Source: Klebsormidium nitens | Taxonomy: Eukaryota > Plantae > Klebsormidiophyceae | Assembly (NCBI GenBank): GCA_000708835.1 | Contig: DF237126.1 | Location: forward strand, 1 to 48,800 | Length of the DNA stretch: 48,800 bases | Direction: 5' to 3' | Shown here: positions 24,601-37,299 of the stretch, in pieces | Numbering within the stretch: position 1 is the first letter of the stretch | Layout of the letters: each line of letters starts with the position of its first letter | The notes under the pieces: generated by a model | What the model was told of the DNA's origin: nothing | Databases searched by the model: none | The model's input: the letters and a program-made list of their open reading frames with translations, nothing else | Translations under genes and position numbers: made by a program

Positions 24601-26530
24601 TGCATCTCAAGCTGCCAACTTTCCGAACGGCTTTCGGTCGCTGCATACGACAAGGACTGTGGTGAAGGCACATACTTCTGATCCTCGTCCCGCAATTTAC
24701 CTTTGCTTGCACTCACCCTCTTTTTTCTCGGCACCCAGATCGTGGGTCTGCGGCGCGCAAAGCGGCGCAACATGGAGCGCCTGGTTTTGGCGTGCGGGGG
24801 CGAGGCGGTGAACTCGGTGGACGACCTGTCCGCGGACGTACTGGGGTACGCGGGGCTGGTGTACGAACACGTGCTGGGAGAGGAGAAGTACACCTTCGTG
24901 GAGAACGTCAAGAACCCGCACTCGTGCACCATCCTCATCAAAGGTGATCAAAGCTCTGTGCGCTTTCAAACTAGCTGCTCCTGCTTGCGTCAGATTCAAG
25001 CAGAGCGTTTTTAGTTAGAACGGGTGGGGCGTTGTACCTAGTACAGGGTCAGGCAAGAAGGCTATTTGGCGACTCCAGTGGTACCGACCCTTTGCACTCG
25101 TAACGAGAGGGGCTTCTGCAGTCAGCACAGGATCAGACAAGAAGGACGTTCTGGTGCAGCAGCATTACTTCGCTGCTTTTTCCTCGTGGATTTCTCTGCC
25201 TTTTGTTTTGAGTTTGGGTCAGAGCAATCTGTATTCCTGCTTGTGGACCCGCGCTGACAAGAGTTTGCCGATCTTTGCAGGGCCGAATGACCACACCATC
25301 GCTCAGATCAAGGATGCCGTGCGGGACGGGCTGCGTGCTGTAAAGAACACGCTAGAGGACGGAGCCGTCGTGCTGGTGAGTGAACCTGGGACGGCTTTTT
25401 GATGCCTTTTCGTGAAGGCATTGGGAGCGTAAAGTAGGATATAAATCAGTTCTAACCTTCGTCGGTTTAGGTGCTTCCTTGTTTTTGCAGGGGTTCGTTT
25501 ATTAACCAGAAAGCGTCACGAACCCATCCTATACTTTTGTGGAGTGCGTGCGTACTGGGCGGGCCCCTTGGGGCTCCAGAGTGATCGACCAGCTCAAGAA
25601 CAAACGAGTTCTGGTTGTTTCATTGAATCCATGTGTTCCGTGTTACTCTGCAGGGAGCGGGGGCGTTCGAGGTGGCCTGCAGGCAGCACCTAATGCACGA
25701 CATAAAGAAGACGGTCAAGGGGGTGAGTTGAAGCTCTCTCCTGGTCTCCGACCTAAACAGTGCACTGAAAGCTCGTTCCGCCCCGCCCCCAGACGCACTG
25801 CTTGCCACGTATCTCTTTGGACACTTAGCACTTGCTAAGATTCTCGTTCCTGCAAAAGAGCGCTGCTATTGTTGCTTCAAATGGACGTCTTCTCGCTTTG
25901 ACAACTCAGTTTGACGCGCTCCCTTCTTGTGTGCAGCGCGCCCAGCTAGGAGTGGAGGCTTTCGCGGACGCACTGCTGGTCATTCCCAAGACGCTCGCAG
26001 AAAACTCGGGCCTGGACACGCAAGATGTCATTATTAATCTCCAGGTACGGCGCATCTTTGCTCCCACCAGAGTTGCTCTGGGAGACAGTATTCTCCCTCT
26101 GAAGTATGACTACAAGTGCTTTGGTCGTTTCGACGCTTTTATCTCCCGACTTTTCTGGGTGAAGAATTCTGGGAAAGCGACTGACGTGCTATACTCTTTG
26201 GCTGCAGTCCGAGCACGATAGCGGATCGGTGGTGGGGCTGAACATCGTCACGGGCGAGCCGATGGACCCCCAGGTGGAGGGCGTCTTCGACAATTACAAC
26301 GTCAAGAAGCAGATCATCAACTCTGCGTAAGTGTGTCAGATATCAAAGATTTCATGGTTGCGATTGGTGTGAGCTGTTTTGAGTGCCCGTCTTTTGTGAA
26401 TCTGGTACTTCAAAATCTGACATGAGGGCCTGATCGATGTATTATCGTCGTCTGCAGGCCCGTTATCGCCAGCCAGCTTTTGCTAGTAGACGAAGTTATG
26501 AGGGCAGGACGGAACATGCGGGGCAAGTAG
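21681..26530 (+). CDS. CCT6: T-complex protein 1 subunit zeta (CCT6) chaperonin; 15 exons
   Basis: Exons: 21681-21814, 21969-22032, 22280-22415, 22641-22792, 23029-23076, 23288-23380, 23663-23769, 23997-24111, 24402-24485, 24739-24943, 25281-25375, 25654-25722, 25937-26044, 26208-26326, 26458-26530. Motifs: [102 protein letters not shown] (zeta-specific). Confidence 0.97.
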
Positions 26531-27551
26531 TCCATTCTAACGACATTAAGCCGCTGACTGTGGATCATGTTTCTGAACCCCACACCCACGAGTACCAATA
26601 TTCCCCAAGGTTGGGTCCTCTGCCATGCATGTCATCAGTGTCAGCAAAAACACTCTTTGCTGGGCTGACGTTATCAACCAAGCCACATCCGGTATACGTG
26701 CATGTTTGCGCGCATTGGTTGGTTTCCCATGAACGGGCCTCTTTGTAAGTCAAAGCGCCTAAGGTCAGTCCCTACAAGCATGTCAGGGGTGGTAGTGAGC
26801 GGTGTCACAATTGAATCCGCATGGGATTTGTGTGCACTGCCACGGGTCCCCGGTTAGGCGATAAGCATGTCGAGGTGAAAAAGTGGTCAACGCTATCTCA
26901 TCATGAAGTCCCATGCATGGGTGAATCGATACCTATATGAGAGGCCCGGCTGCATGTGGATCCTGATCTCGCGCGAGCTCGAACTCGTGATTAGCAGGCT
27001 AGGATCGACACATGCAACCGCCTCTCATATTGGTATACTGACTTTAAGTAAATATGCCACAGAAAGCTTGACCCTCAAAAGATCAGACAGGAAATCATGA
27101 CGGAGGGGACTTGTTAGTAGCCAGTCATGCCATGACTATCCAGATCGTGTTGCTGCCTAACCTCCTATGCCGCGACTTTAACAAGCGCTTTTTAGTACAA
27201 TATTGGCGTGTACATCACTCAGGCCTCGCGTTCCGACCATGGCCAAAGGAGCACGCGGGCATTCATACCACAACATTGGCATGTAAAGTAAACCGAGCCG
27301 CCATAAATTTGAACGGTAAGTTTTGCAAGTTGAGCGTCGAGTGTCGCCTCAATCCAAAGTTGAACATGGAAAGATAAAGGTCAAAACCAGACTGTGCTAG
27401 GCCAATTCTAGGTGCATCTCAACAACGTGACCCTTTCTACACCCGCTCTGGTGGGGGCATTGCCCACACCTTATTATACACAGTTGGTCATGGGCAAACC
27501 CGAGCTACCTAGAGGCCCCCAACACGACCGACGCTTGCAGACCAGCATACT

Positions 27552-30173
27552 TTACAATCCAGCGGGATACGCCCCGTTGATGGCTAGGGTGCCTTTCAGC
27601 GCCCAGTAGAAGCGCACCCAGCTGGCGCGCTTGAAGTTGAAAGCGATCCTTTCCCACTCTGAGACAAGGGCCAGGCTCCAATTGTTGTTGGGCTGTACAA
27701 GGCTGGTGCTGTCTTGAGACTCGCAGCCACTGAAGAAACTAGGCGTGGGGCGGCCGCCGGCAGCCCGCACAAGATCCATGACGCTGATTGGTTGGTAAGA
27801 CGGGGGCTGACTCATGATGACGTTGTCCACTTTGTGCTCGTAAATCTTGCCGTCCTGTGAGAATGAATCAATGTTTTCAATACCTTGTAGCTCTATCCAA
27901 GGCGGTGACGAACATTTGCCCTTCAATGAGCGCTGCTATCCTGTCAGGATGAGGAGTCAAGGTGCGACACTTGAGACTAAACGCATGGGCTTCTCAAGGG
28001 ACAGAAACTACTAAGGCTTTTGCAAACCACCTTATGCAGACGTTGTGAACAAACTGTAGAAGCTGGGAAGCTAAGCAAACATGATACTTAACACTCAGCA
28101 TTTGCCCCAGCTTGCCATGTCGTCCAACATTGACTGCTCCGAAGAATGACAGCTGACAGCAAGAACTGAAATCAACGCTTGTAATCTAACGGGCGCTAAT
28201 CAAAATCAAGCACACTTCAATAGTGGCTTTACAGCTCAGCGCCCACCTTATCAAGCTTGTACTCGGAGGTCCCGTCAAAGTGGCCCTGCGCCTCCCACGG
28301 CACGCGCGGAACTCCACGCACAGTCCACCGCACCATGATGACCTTGTCATTGGGCTGCCAGATGCGTTGGATGTCGACCCAGATGGCCTTGAAGAAAATC
28401 TTGCCGTGGAAGCGCAGCGCCCAGAAGATGAGCTTATAGTTGTCAAGCCCGTGAAACGTGTTGACGCGGTCCCGGAAGACAATGTCCTCCCTGGAGAAGG
28501 GGCAGAAGGAGCCATTAGCTAGAGTGGGGTGAGGTGAGCTTTGCAGTGTCCTGCCCAATTGACCTGGTGAAAGAGCAGATTGACGAAAAGTTGGCCCTTC
28601 GATTTGGAAAAGCTTCCCGACTCTTCTGCAATGATAACTTCTTGCAAAAAGACCAGAACCTAGTTGTTCCTTTGAAATCACATTAGCTGCGCATCCAGAG
28701 TTGGAATTTATCAGCCGGCAGCCTGTTTCAAAGCTGAGTAAGCAGAGGCTTCTTTAGAAATGTTGGAACTTGCCAGTTCTGCAATTTTGTTCATTACACT
28801 TTGTCTAGACGAACATGAATCAACAGTGTTTGAGGAACTTCTTGCAGAGCTCCCAGATGTTCAGAGCCGTAAGGCAGCAACAACGTGATGACCTTGGATA
28901 CTGCATTTTGCAGCTTTGGGGCAAGGAACAATACGGCAAACTAAATAATGACGGCCTCACTTAAAGTACACAAGAGCTTTTATTGAGAAACCACATCAAG
29001 CCAACAAGCCCAGGGCAGGGAAAAGCCCTACAGAAATTGGGGGCGCTTGCACAGTTCAAACCCTATTCTTAACCAATATACGACTCTTGTATTACAGCAG
29101 TGGACCCGCTCAAATGTCTTGACTCAGGACAAGAGAAGCTCCTACTGGGACCCTTGCTCCAAGTTTCTTGCAATGCTGCGGCCAGTACCTTGAGCATATG
29201 CTGGGGATGGCTACAAAAAGCAAAGCCTTCCCCAAAACTGTCGAAGCATCCTAAGTAGGAGGACAGCTGTCACAAGGGAGGTTTTCTACATAGGCAAAAT
29301 TGAGGCAGACAAGGGCAGAAAGGGCGCGAAAGGATCAATGTTAGGGTTGTGAAATCCTGCTCAAGGTGTGGACAAGGCTCACCCAGGCTGGCTCACCCAG
29401 GCTTCAACATGTCCTTAACAAGTCCTCAACAGCATATGGTCACGACTTCAGCGCTTTTTGCATGCAAACTCCGACGGACATAACAACTTTGAAGCAACCC
29501 ACATAATCAAAGGTACTACTATGCTCAAATGCATCCGCAAATCACGGGAGCAGCTTGCGGATGCAAGCGCAGACTCTGGACCGCACCTGTAGATGTTGTA
29601 CGTCGGTTTCCGGTAGAACAGCCCCGGAAGCTCTTCCCTCAGCGTCCTAATTGCATCCCCAACATTCACATAGAACTGGTCCCTCTCGTTGCTCTCCTGA
29701 CGCTGCTTCGGCGGAGAGCTCGACTGCAACGTACTAGCCAAGAATGACGGGCCCCCTATCCTGCCAAGCCTTGACCCTTGCTGCTTCCATCCGCCGTCCC
29801 CTTCCAGATGTTCGCTCGTGCTACACCCCTCCGCCCCTCGCGCCTCTTGACCCCCCCGATCTTCTTCCTGCTCCTCGTCAGGCACCAATCGGAGGGCCCT
29901 CTGTGCAGTCTCATTGAAGATCCACTCTACTGGGGGGGGAACCATAGGGACACTGGGCCCGGCCTCTGGAGCAGACAACCGCGCCTGCGGACCTTGATAA
30001 CACGCCTTGCCCTTGCCTACCATACTTCCAGGCAGACCAAGGCGTTGACAAGACGGGGGGACGCATCTGACAAGCTTCCCATGGGGTTGTTGGCGGAGAG
30101 AACTAGACTGGACGACTTGGGCGGACTGCGCCACAATGTCGGGTCCAACGGAGGCCCGCGCATACGTGGCCAT
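27552..30173 (-). CDS. DUF2358-family (SnoaL/NTF2-like fold) protein, probably plastid-targeted; 3 exons
   Basis: Exons (minus) 30173-29587, 28490-28247, 27854-27552. Core FYVNVGDAIRTLREELP..IYREDIVFRD..F.GLDNYKLIFWALRFHGKIFF..IMVRWTVRGVPRVPWEAQGHFDGTSEYKLDKDGKIYEHKVDN matches plant DUF2358 proteins as I recall them. The long N-terminal extension is low-complexity. Confidence 0.88.
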
Positions 30174-30237
30174 TCCGGCTTGTGCCGACGCTGCAAAGGG
30201 ACGCGGCAACGCTTCTGAGGTTTACCAGAAGTCAAGA

Positions 30238-30245
30238 TAGGGTTT
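30238..30245. promoter_or_regulatory. Telo-box (AAACCCTA on the minus strand) in the DUF2358/DHS divergent intergenic region
   Basis: TAGGGTTT at 30238-30245, with site-II-like AGCCCA (~30392) and TGGGCT (~30444) nearby. This combination is typical of plant translation-gene promoters, but the motifs are short. Confidence 0.35.
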
Positions 30246-30672
30246 CAACGCTTGGATGAAGAAGATGCAAGCCTGGCTCTCTTGTGCGGCAATGTGCTAC
30301 TGAATGGCGTCTCCTTTCCTCGCTGTGCTCCCTTCCTTCTTCGTGCTTTTGCCTCAAACCTCGAGGCTTGATTCTGCGATTCTAGGCTCTATAGCCCATC
30401 ATGTCAGTGTACCGTTCGGACACCGACCGTCCAGGCTCGAGTCTGGGCTGGACGTACAAAAGCGGCGACAACGTCCGAACATTGGCTCTAGATGACGTGG
30501 CCTGGCCGTACCACTTCGCTGACCACGTGATCGACCGACTCACACATGTAGGCCCTGCATCCATTACCGATCAGTAACGGGTTTAAAAGATCAGCTCGCA
30601 CATGGAGGGGGGAGAATGCCATTCGCCAGCTGGCACTTGCTGGCCAGAAATTCGTGTCCTGCTTGGAAGATC

Positions 30673-33600
30673 ATGGCATCAGCGAATGGCGCCCCTCCGG
30701 CCGCCGCATCAGAGGCTGTGCTGAAGCAGTCGGAGGGCTTGCCGGCGTCAACCCCTGTGATCCGCGGCTACGACTTCTCCAATGGCATCGATTATGAGGC
30801 GCTGCTTGGCGCGATGGCCACCACCGGTTTTCAGGCGTCTAACTTTGGACGGGCCATCGATGAGATCAATAGAATGGTACGTCGTGCGGGGGTGGTAGTA
30901 TTGCAGCATTGCGTCTTGGGTCCATCTCCTAATGTCAGCATGTGGAGGTGCTTGATTGCGGGACCCTGGTGGCTTGCTGTCACCTAATAACTCCACTCCG
31001 TAGGGAAGGGCTTAATCAAGTTGGGCCACATTTGTCGTCACTAGAGTGGCTTTTTGTTGTGAGCTCCAAAGGCCTTCTCCGGAGCTTACGACATGGCCTT
31101 ACCACCACTGCATCATGCTCCTCACAATCAATCCTCTTCCACACTGATTCCATCACGACCTTGCTTGCGAAAGTATTCAACAACGCGCTTGCCTGCCCCC
31201 TCCTCCACAGTTGGAGTGGCGGTTGAGCGACGAGCCTGTCGTGGATGACTGCGATCCGGAGGAGCGGGACCCCGCATTTCGTGCCGCCACACGTTGCAAG
31301 ATCTTCCTGGGCTTTACCTCCAACCTCATTTCCAGTGGGGTCCGAGAGACCGTGCGCTTCTTGATACAGCATAAGCTGGTGAGTCGTTGCAGAAGTCCTT
31401 TAGAATTGTGGAGTGAGCTTCTCTTGAAGTGGCAGTCAGGTGCGTGAAAAATCAGGGAAGAAAGGCTGTGAGGGGCAAACATCGATGTGTGGCCTTTACG
31501 GGTGGCAAACTAGTTCGACTTTTCCAACCCCGTTCTGGAAATTGAGATGCATTGCATCTCATGAACAGGGGCGATTAGTTTTGGTTTCTCCATTTTGAAA
31601 ACAATCTTGAGCAGCGACAGTCGAAGCACGGACATAGCCACCAGCGTGGTTGGCACTTTGAAAGTTTCAGCCTGTCTGCCGGGACCCGCTCATAAGGGGT
31701 AGACACGGGGCTGCGAAATAAGGGGCATTAAACCAGATCTGGGGCAAAAGCGCTTTAGTAACTGGATCATGACGACTTACGACCAGTGGATACGATTCTG
31801 GGCCCTCCGGCTAATGGTTTCCGACTGTAAGAAACCCAAATCTAGGCGATCTTAACCTCTCCGCTAGACAGAAACGTGTTCCATGGACGATGGGCGGTCG
31901 TACCAAAAATAGCAGTATAATAAGAAGGAAACGGAAAGCACGACGACGAGGGTTACTGATATCTCCCTTTTCCAGGTGGACGTCGTCGTAACGACCGCAG
32001 GGGGCGTCGAGGAAGACCTCATAAAATGTCTGGCGCCAACGTACCAGGGCGCCTTTTCGCTGGACGGGGCGGCCCTCCGAGCGCGGGGGCTTAACCGGAT
32101 TGGTAACCTGCTGGTGCCGAATGATAACTACTGCAAGTTCGAAGACTGGGTTAACCCGATTCTGGACCAGTTTTTAGCGGAGCAGAAGGAGACGGGGCAG
32201 CTGTGGACACCGTCCAAGATCATCGATCGGCTGGGCAAGGAAATCGACGACCCAGATTCGTGCTGGTATTGGGCCCACAAGGTGGGTCGAAGTTGGCTAC
32301 ACGTAGTTCTGTTTCATCTGGCTAACCTTGAAAAGATGGATACAGGGCAGCGTCCAATTTTGGCACCATTGGTTGTTCGGGCTGTTGCAAAACCCGTGAA
32401 AATCTGGCAAGGCATCAGGATAGGAACCAAATTGTCTGTCAAGAAGCAAAGAGGCGTATTTACCTCACTGTTGATGCACAGTGGGCTAAATGCAGGTGTC
32501 CGTTTAGGCTAGAGTCTTTTGGTTCTGCAGTATTGTGGCAAGGGGGTCTGACTCTCCGAACCTCCGAAAGAGGTTCTGACCCCTCTGACCGTGACTATTC
32601 ACTTGAGGCTGGCCCATGAGTAGATCCGAATCATCCGCAAGAGCGCTGAACAATGCATGCGGCATCAGCGAGATGGTTGCTTGGTGGGAGAACAACTTTT
32701 CCGAGGCCTCTGCAAATCTTCCATACTAAGACAAAGTTGTCTTCTGTTTGCAGAACAACATTCCGGTGTTCTGCCCTGCACTCACAGACGGCTCGTTGGG
32801 GGACATGATCTACTTCCACTCTTTCCGACACCCGGGCCTTGTGGTCGACATTGTCGAAGGTGAGCCCCTGGAGACGTGGGCTGTCGCCCCTTTGACGAGA
32901 ACAGCGTTGTCATTAAGAAGGGCTTTTTACCACCGGCTTGGCATCAAGATTTGCAGCCGCTTGCAACCATTTTCACGGCAGCTCAGAAGGCCGCACTGGG
33001 ATTAGCTAGTCGCTTCTTGCCTTACAGGCGAAGCCTGAATTTGCTGAACAGTGCTCAACGTTCTGCGCTTTACGCCGAATGCGTCCGTTCTGACACCGCC
33101 CCTCTGTGCCACGTGTCAGACATCCGACGGATGAACGGGCAGGCCGTTCATGCCGCGCCGCGCAAAACGGGGGTCGTCATCCTCGGGGGAGGGCTGCCGA
33201 AGCACCACATCTGCAACGCAAACCTGATGCGGAACGGCTCCGATTTCGCGGTGTATGTGAATACGGCCCAGGAGTTCGACGGCAGCGACTCGGGCGCGAG
33301 CCCTGGGGAAGCCGTTTCGTGGGGCAAGATAAGAGCAAACGCGCAGGCCGTCAAGGTGAGGCACGATGCTTCCGGCTAAAAGTGCACGATCCAAGGTTCT
33401 CAGTTGCAGCTTCGGACGGGTCCGGAGTAAAGCTAGAGGATGGTTCCCTGGCTATGGTGTTGCTATGTTTGAGGGCCGAGTTTCGATGAGAATGTTGTTC
33501 TGGCACCTGATTGCATCGCTATCATTGTCGCCTTTGCTTGCAGCTTTGAGCGGGCTTCAACCCTCTTTGACACTTTACCAACGGAGAGACTGGTCTTCCT

Positions 33601-33775
33601 GGCTGTTTCAAGAAAAGGTGTGTGCCATTATGATTGATCGGCCCCTGCGCAGGTGCACGGCGATGCTACCATCGTCTTCCCGCTTCTCGTCGCTCAGACT
33701 TTCGCGAAAGAGGCTGAACGGAGAAAACAGCAGTCGTCAAAGAAGCCTTCCGAAACAACAGAAGACACTCGATGA
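30673..33775 (+). CDS. DHS: Deoxyhypusine synthase (eIF5A hypusination); 6 exons
   Basis: Exons 30673-30876, 31211-31378, 31976-32281, 32754-32859, 33120-33355, 33653-33775. Motifs: [100 protein letters not shown] (catalytic Lys), [13 protein letters not shown]. Confidence 0.97.
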
Positions 33776-34289
33776 CGCTCGTTCTCAATACACAAGTTTA
33801 CCACTTGATTTGTGCTGCGATCGACCTCACTTGTGCATTTGTGATATATGTCAAACGTTCATGATTCAACATCCGCGCAGCTTGCATCATGCTAGATCCA
33901 AGATTGAACAGATGATGGGAGATCTATATTCCGCATGCGTGCATACATCCCATGAGGGTAAGATGACTGCCGCGCCAATTGTGGGTTTCCTACTCGCACA
34001 TATGCAGAATAGCTGGTTGCACCGTTAGTATCATAATGGCCGCAGCCGCGAGGCTCTTGCAAAGCGAGGACCATCCCCCATCATGTGCGATCTAGCAGAA
34101 ATATTGCATGAATTCGTCAATATCCGCAGGTGCAGCGTCCGAGAAGTGGTACAATTCTTGAAGGGCGATGCGGCTCAAAGAGCAACCTTTAGGACAGGGA
34201 ACAGGTCGCGGCCGCCGGGCAATCATAACGCTGACGATTCCGAGAGCCGCAAGTTCAAGGGACTGCTTCTTGAGCCTTCGAACAACCTG

Positions 34290-36500
34290 TTTCCTTACCC
34301 ATGTCAGCGAAGAAAGCTTCTCGCGGAGTTAGCCCGTTTTCTACAGCTTGCTCCCCACCCAAGCTCTGCTCCCTTATCTGTCCCCGCACCCTGTGCCCCA
34401 TCCAATCTTTCCCCCGCCAAGACGCGCGGTTCTTGTCAATCGATTCCGTCCGGTCGCCAAAAGCGCGTTTCAGATGACCCAGTGCTGACGTCACGTGACG
34501 TAATCGCATCCGTATCGCTCCGCAGCCCTCCGCTCCGTGTTGGCAAGCTCCGCAGCGGGATGCCCGGGCAGCCCCTCCGCTCCGCAGCCCTCCCGGTCCG
34601 CTCCGTGTCGGCAAGAGCCGGGAGTGGGTCTTTCCAGCTTTTCGCCCGCATCTCTAGTTGCTCCAAACACTCCGTTTCGATCTTTCAGGACGTCCGAACG
34701 GCATAGCAGCAGCGGGCCCCCGTCCGCGGCATTGTGAACGCCCGCACGAGCCTATTTACATCGTCTACCGTGCTTCCTACTCGGACGGAAAACACTGCCC
34801 CGGTCGCAAAAGCAGCTGCGCACTTCATACTAAACTCCTCCTGAAGAATCTTGTCGGATCGAATCTGTACCCGGAAAGTCGCAGTCTGACGGAATCGACG
34901 ACTGCACGCAGGGGGTCGATATTTGGTGCTTCAAGGACGTTGACTCCGGGCAGAGAGAGACTAAAGAGAGCGGAGTTCCGCTTTCAATCTGGCGGCAAGC
35001 TCGAGGGCGGCTTCCAATCCAGGGTTATTTCCGCTCTCGTTCCGTTGGGCGGCTTCCGCGCGGGCGAGGTCGAGAGAACTGGACGGAACATGGGAAGGTA
35101 CGGTCATCAAACATATGTTCAATCGGCAGGCGCAGATAATGATCGAGGTCGCGTATTATCGCGTGTTTTCCTCTGAGCTCGGAGGAACTTTTAGCCCGAG
35201 CTTTGTATCTAGCAAGGGATTTATCCAATACGAATTGGGCCGGAGAACGAGATTGTTGCGCGCTCAAAAAGGAAGTATGGTCCACACAGCCCTTCCATAT
35301 CAAGCTTGGCACGCTCAAAGCAAGGGCACGTTGTATGAAAAGAACCGGTCACGCTGTCAGATTCTTGCGTGTCCTTCTCGGTCCAAGGGTACGATCGTAG
35401 AAAGAGCGTGTCCGCTCCAATTTGGTACCAAGGTTCTCTCGGCTCCCGCGGGGCCCTCACTTTCCTAACATGGGGTGTCAGAGTCATGCCAACGGTGGCT
35501 CACCTGAGCAGCAGGTAGCTGGGGCTGAACGACTGCAGCGTTTGCAGGAGGTTTGCAGCGACCGGTCCACCCGGGCGGCCGCCACCCGGTCGCCCTTCAG
35601 GTGCAGCATGCCGGCCTGGGTCAGCGCGGACAGGCCCTTGGGAAAAGTCACCGGGGATGTGTCAGCTTCGAAGTCTCCGGAAAACCGGAACACCCATCTG
35701 AAAGAAGGGCACGGTGAACCTTCCCGTGGGGCTTGATCTCCTGGTTGTGAAGACCTCAAACTCTTCTAGACCTCGAGTTCCAATCGATAAGAAGAGGTCA
35801 GATTTTGGGACCGCCTCGGACGTCCCTCCGCAGTTTGCGCTTCGGCTCAACTAAAGGCAGAGGCCCAATGAGGGGTCCAAGGCACGTGCCTGAATATTGC
35901 TCGTTAACTCTGAGCTTGGTCGAGATTGCCTAGGGGCAGAGCTTACGAACGGGTATGCTGTCGGCGTAGGCGTGTGATAAGACGAACCATGGCCTCTATA
36001 AAAGTGCGCGCATATTGCCTACAATCAATCGACGTTCTTTTGAGTGGATGATCGATTGACTTCGTCCTTTGAAAATCCCAACGTAATTAACACAGCACGC
36101 TCGCTGACGAAGTGCATTGGGCAAACGTCAGCAAGTGTCGTCAGCACACTGCTCTGCTGACCTCGTACCCGAGATCCGCTCCGCTGTCAAGGGTGCAGAG
36201 CGGAAGCGCACTGTGGAAGCGGAGATGCGCTCCGAAGGCCTCGTCAACGAGGAGCGGCACGCCGAGAGAGTGGCATATGCCGGCAAGGAAAGTGACGTCA
36301 CTGCAGCGGGGGATGAGCGGACAGCCGTCAGCGGATTCAAAGCTCGGCACCGTGGGCCCGCGAGGCAGGTCGAAAAGCAGAAGTGCTGTAGGAGCGCTAT
36401 GAATTCGCGGAGGTGGCGCAATGCTGACACTCTGGTGCGCAATCCGACTGGTGAGATAGATACATCTGATAGATGTGCAGGCCAGAGAAGACAGAAAAAG
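34290..36500 (-). pseudogene. Pseudogenised, 5'-truncated duplicate of the last three exons of decarboxylase module 2
   Basis: Exon-like blocks 36300-36162, 35636-35504 and 35078-~34290 are near-identical to 41955-41805, 41245-41124 and 40812-38742, and the flanking intron sequence is also conserved (36300-36490 vs 41955-42140). Lesions: a 12-nt deletion (ADLGYE), an AAG acceptor, an 11-nt frameshifting duplication (ctgcaaac ctc ctgcaaac), an in-frame TAG at 34963-34961, and further indels. Confidence 0.88.
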
Positions 36501-36781
36501 ACGGGAGCTGAAATCGCGGACATGCACATCTTTAAGCTGCCCCTGAGGTAGGATATCGCCCACTTGAAAGAAGCTGCAGAGGCTGGCACGTCCTCTCCCT
36601 CATCCCACAATAGCTAAATGTAAGTTTGAAACCCGTTAGAACTTGGCCACTTGTTGGCAGGCCTTCTCAACTTGAAAGTCTCGCTAACCAGGCCGGCACG
36701 CTAGCGCCCAGCTCAGGTTCTTAATCCACTGCTGCCAACTCAAGTGCTCGAGCTGTTCCTATCATACTCCAACCTGCCATC

Positions 36782-37299
36782 ATGACGTCCCCTGCAATTC
36801 AATACTTGGTGCTCAACTTTGTGAACGGGCCGGCTCCCGATGAGAAGCGGAGTTCCGATCACAGCATGCTAGCAGAACTGCACAGTTCGGCGGATCCTGC
36901 CGTTCCTGGGGTCTACGGGGATCCTGTCTCCTCTGCTTGGGAAAATGCGGTGGCGACCGCAAACGGAGTTTGCCTGTTTTCGAAGCTGGCATTGGGCACT
37001 ATCAGATAACGCGCGGATCAGACATGTACCTCACCAGCCAGAGAAGAAGCTCCGTGAACTACGTCTCTGCCACTACGACAGACATTGAAGCGCGCAACCC
37101 TGAGTGGGAGGGCTTCAAAGACGCAGTGGCAAACTATGTGACATACCCGAACAACTGCCGCGGCTATGTTGACTACATAGCCAGAGTTTGCAATCCTCGT
37201 GCATATCCCACTGCAGCGGACGCACCCTGCAACCGCAGCCCAACAGAGGCCGCCAGGCTGGAGAAGCTGATCCAACTTGTGGCCACCAATAATGCGTAA
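36782..37299 (+). pseudogene. Intronless ORF split by one -1 frameshift; candidate permuted papain-fold (PPPDE/LRAT/NlpC-P60-like) domain
   Basis: ORF 36782-37009 and ORF 36937-37299 join into ~172 aa if one T is added to the TTT at 36969-36971. The product has AGIGHYQITRG followed by NYVTYPNNCRGYVDYIA, the His-before-Cys order of permuted papain folds. The family call is by motif resemblance only. Confidence 0.4.

Noticed and set aside
33366-34028. 220-aa plus-strand ORF
   Set aside because: Overlaps the last DHS intron and exon in another frame; the spliced DHS model explains the region.
34083-35176. Plus-strand ORFs 34083-34706 and 34658-35176, and similarly 40359-40928, 40019-40489 and 45060-45407
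   Set aside because: Antisense shadows of GC-rich decarboxylase exons; no recognisable motifs.
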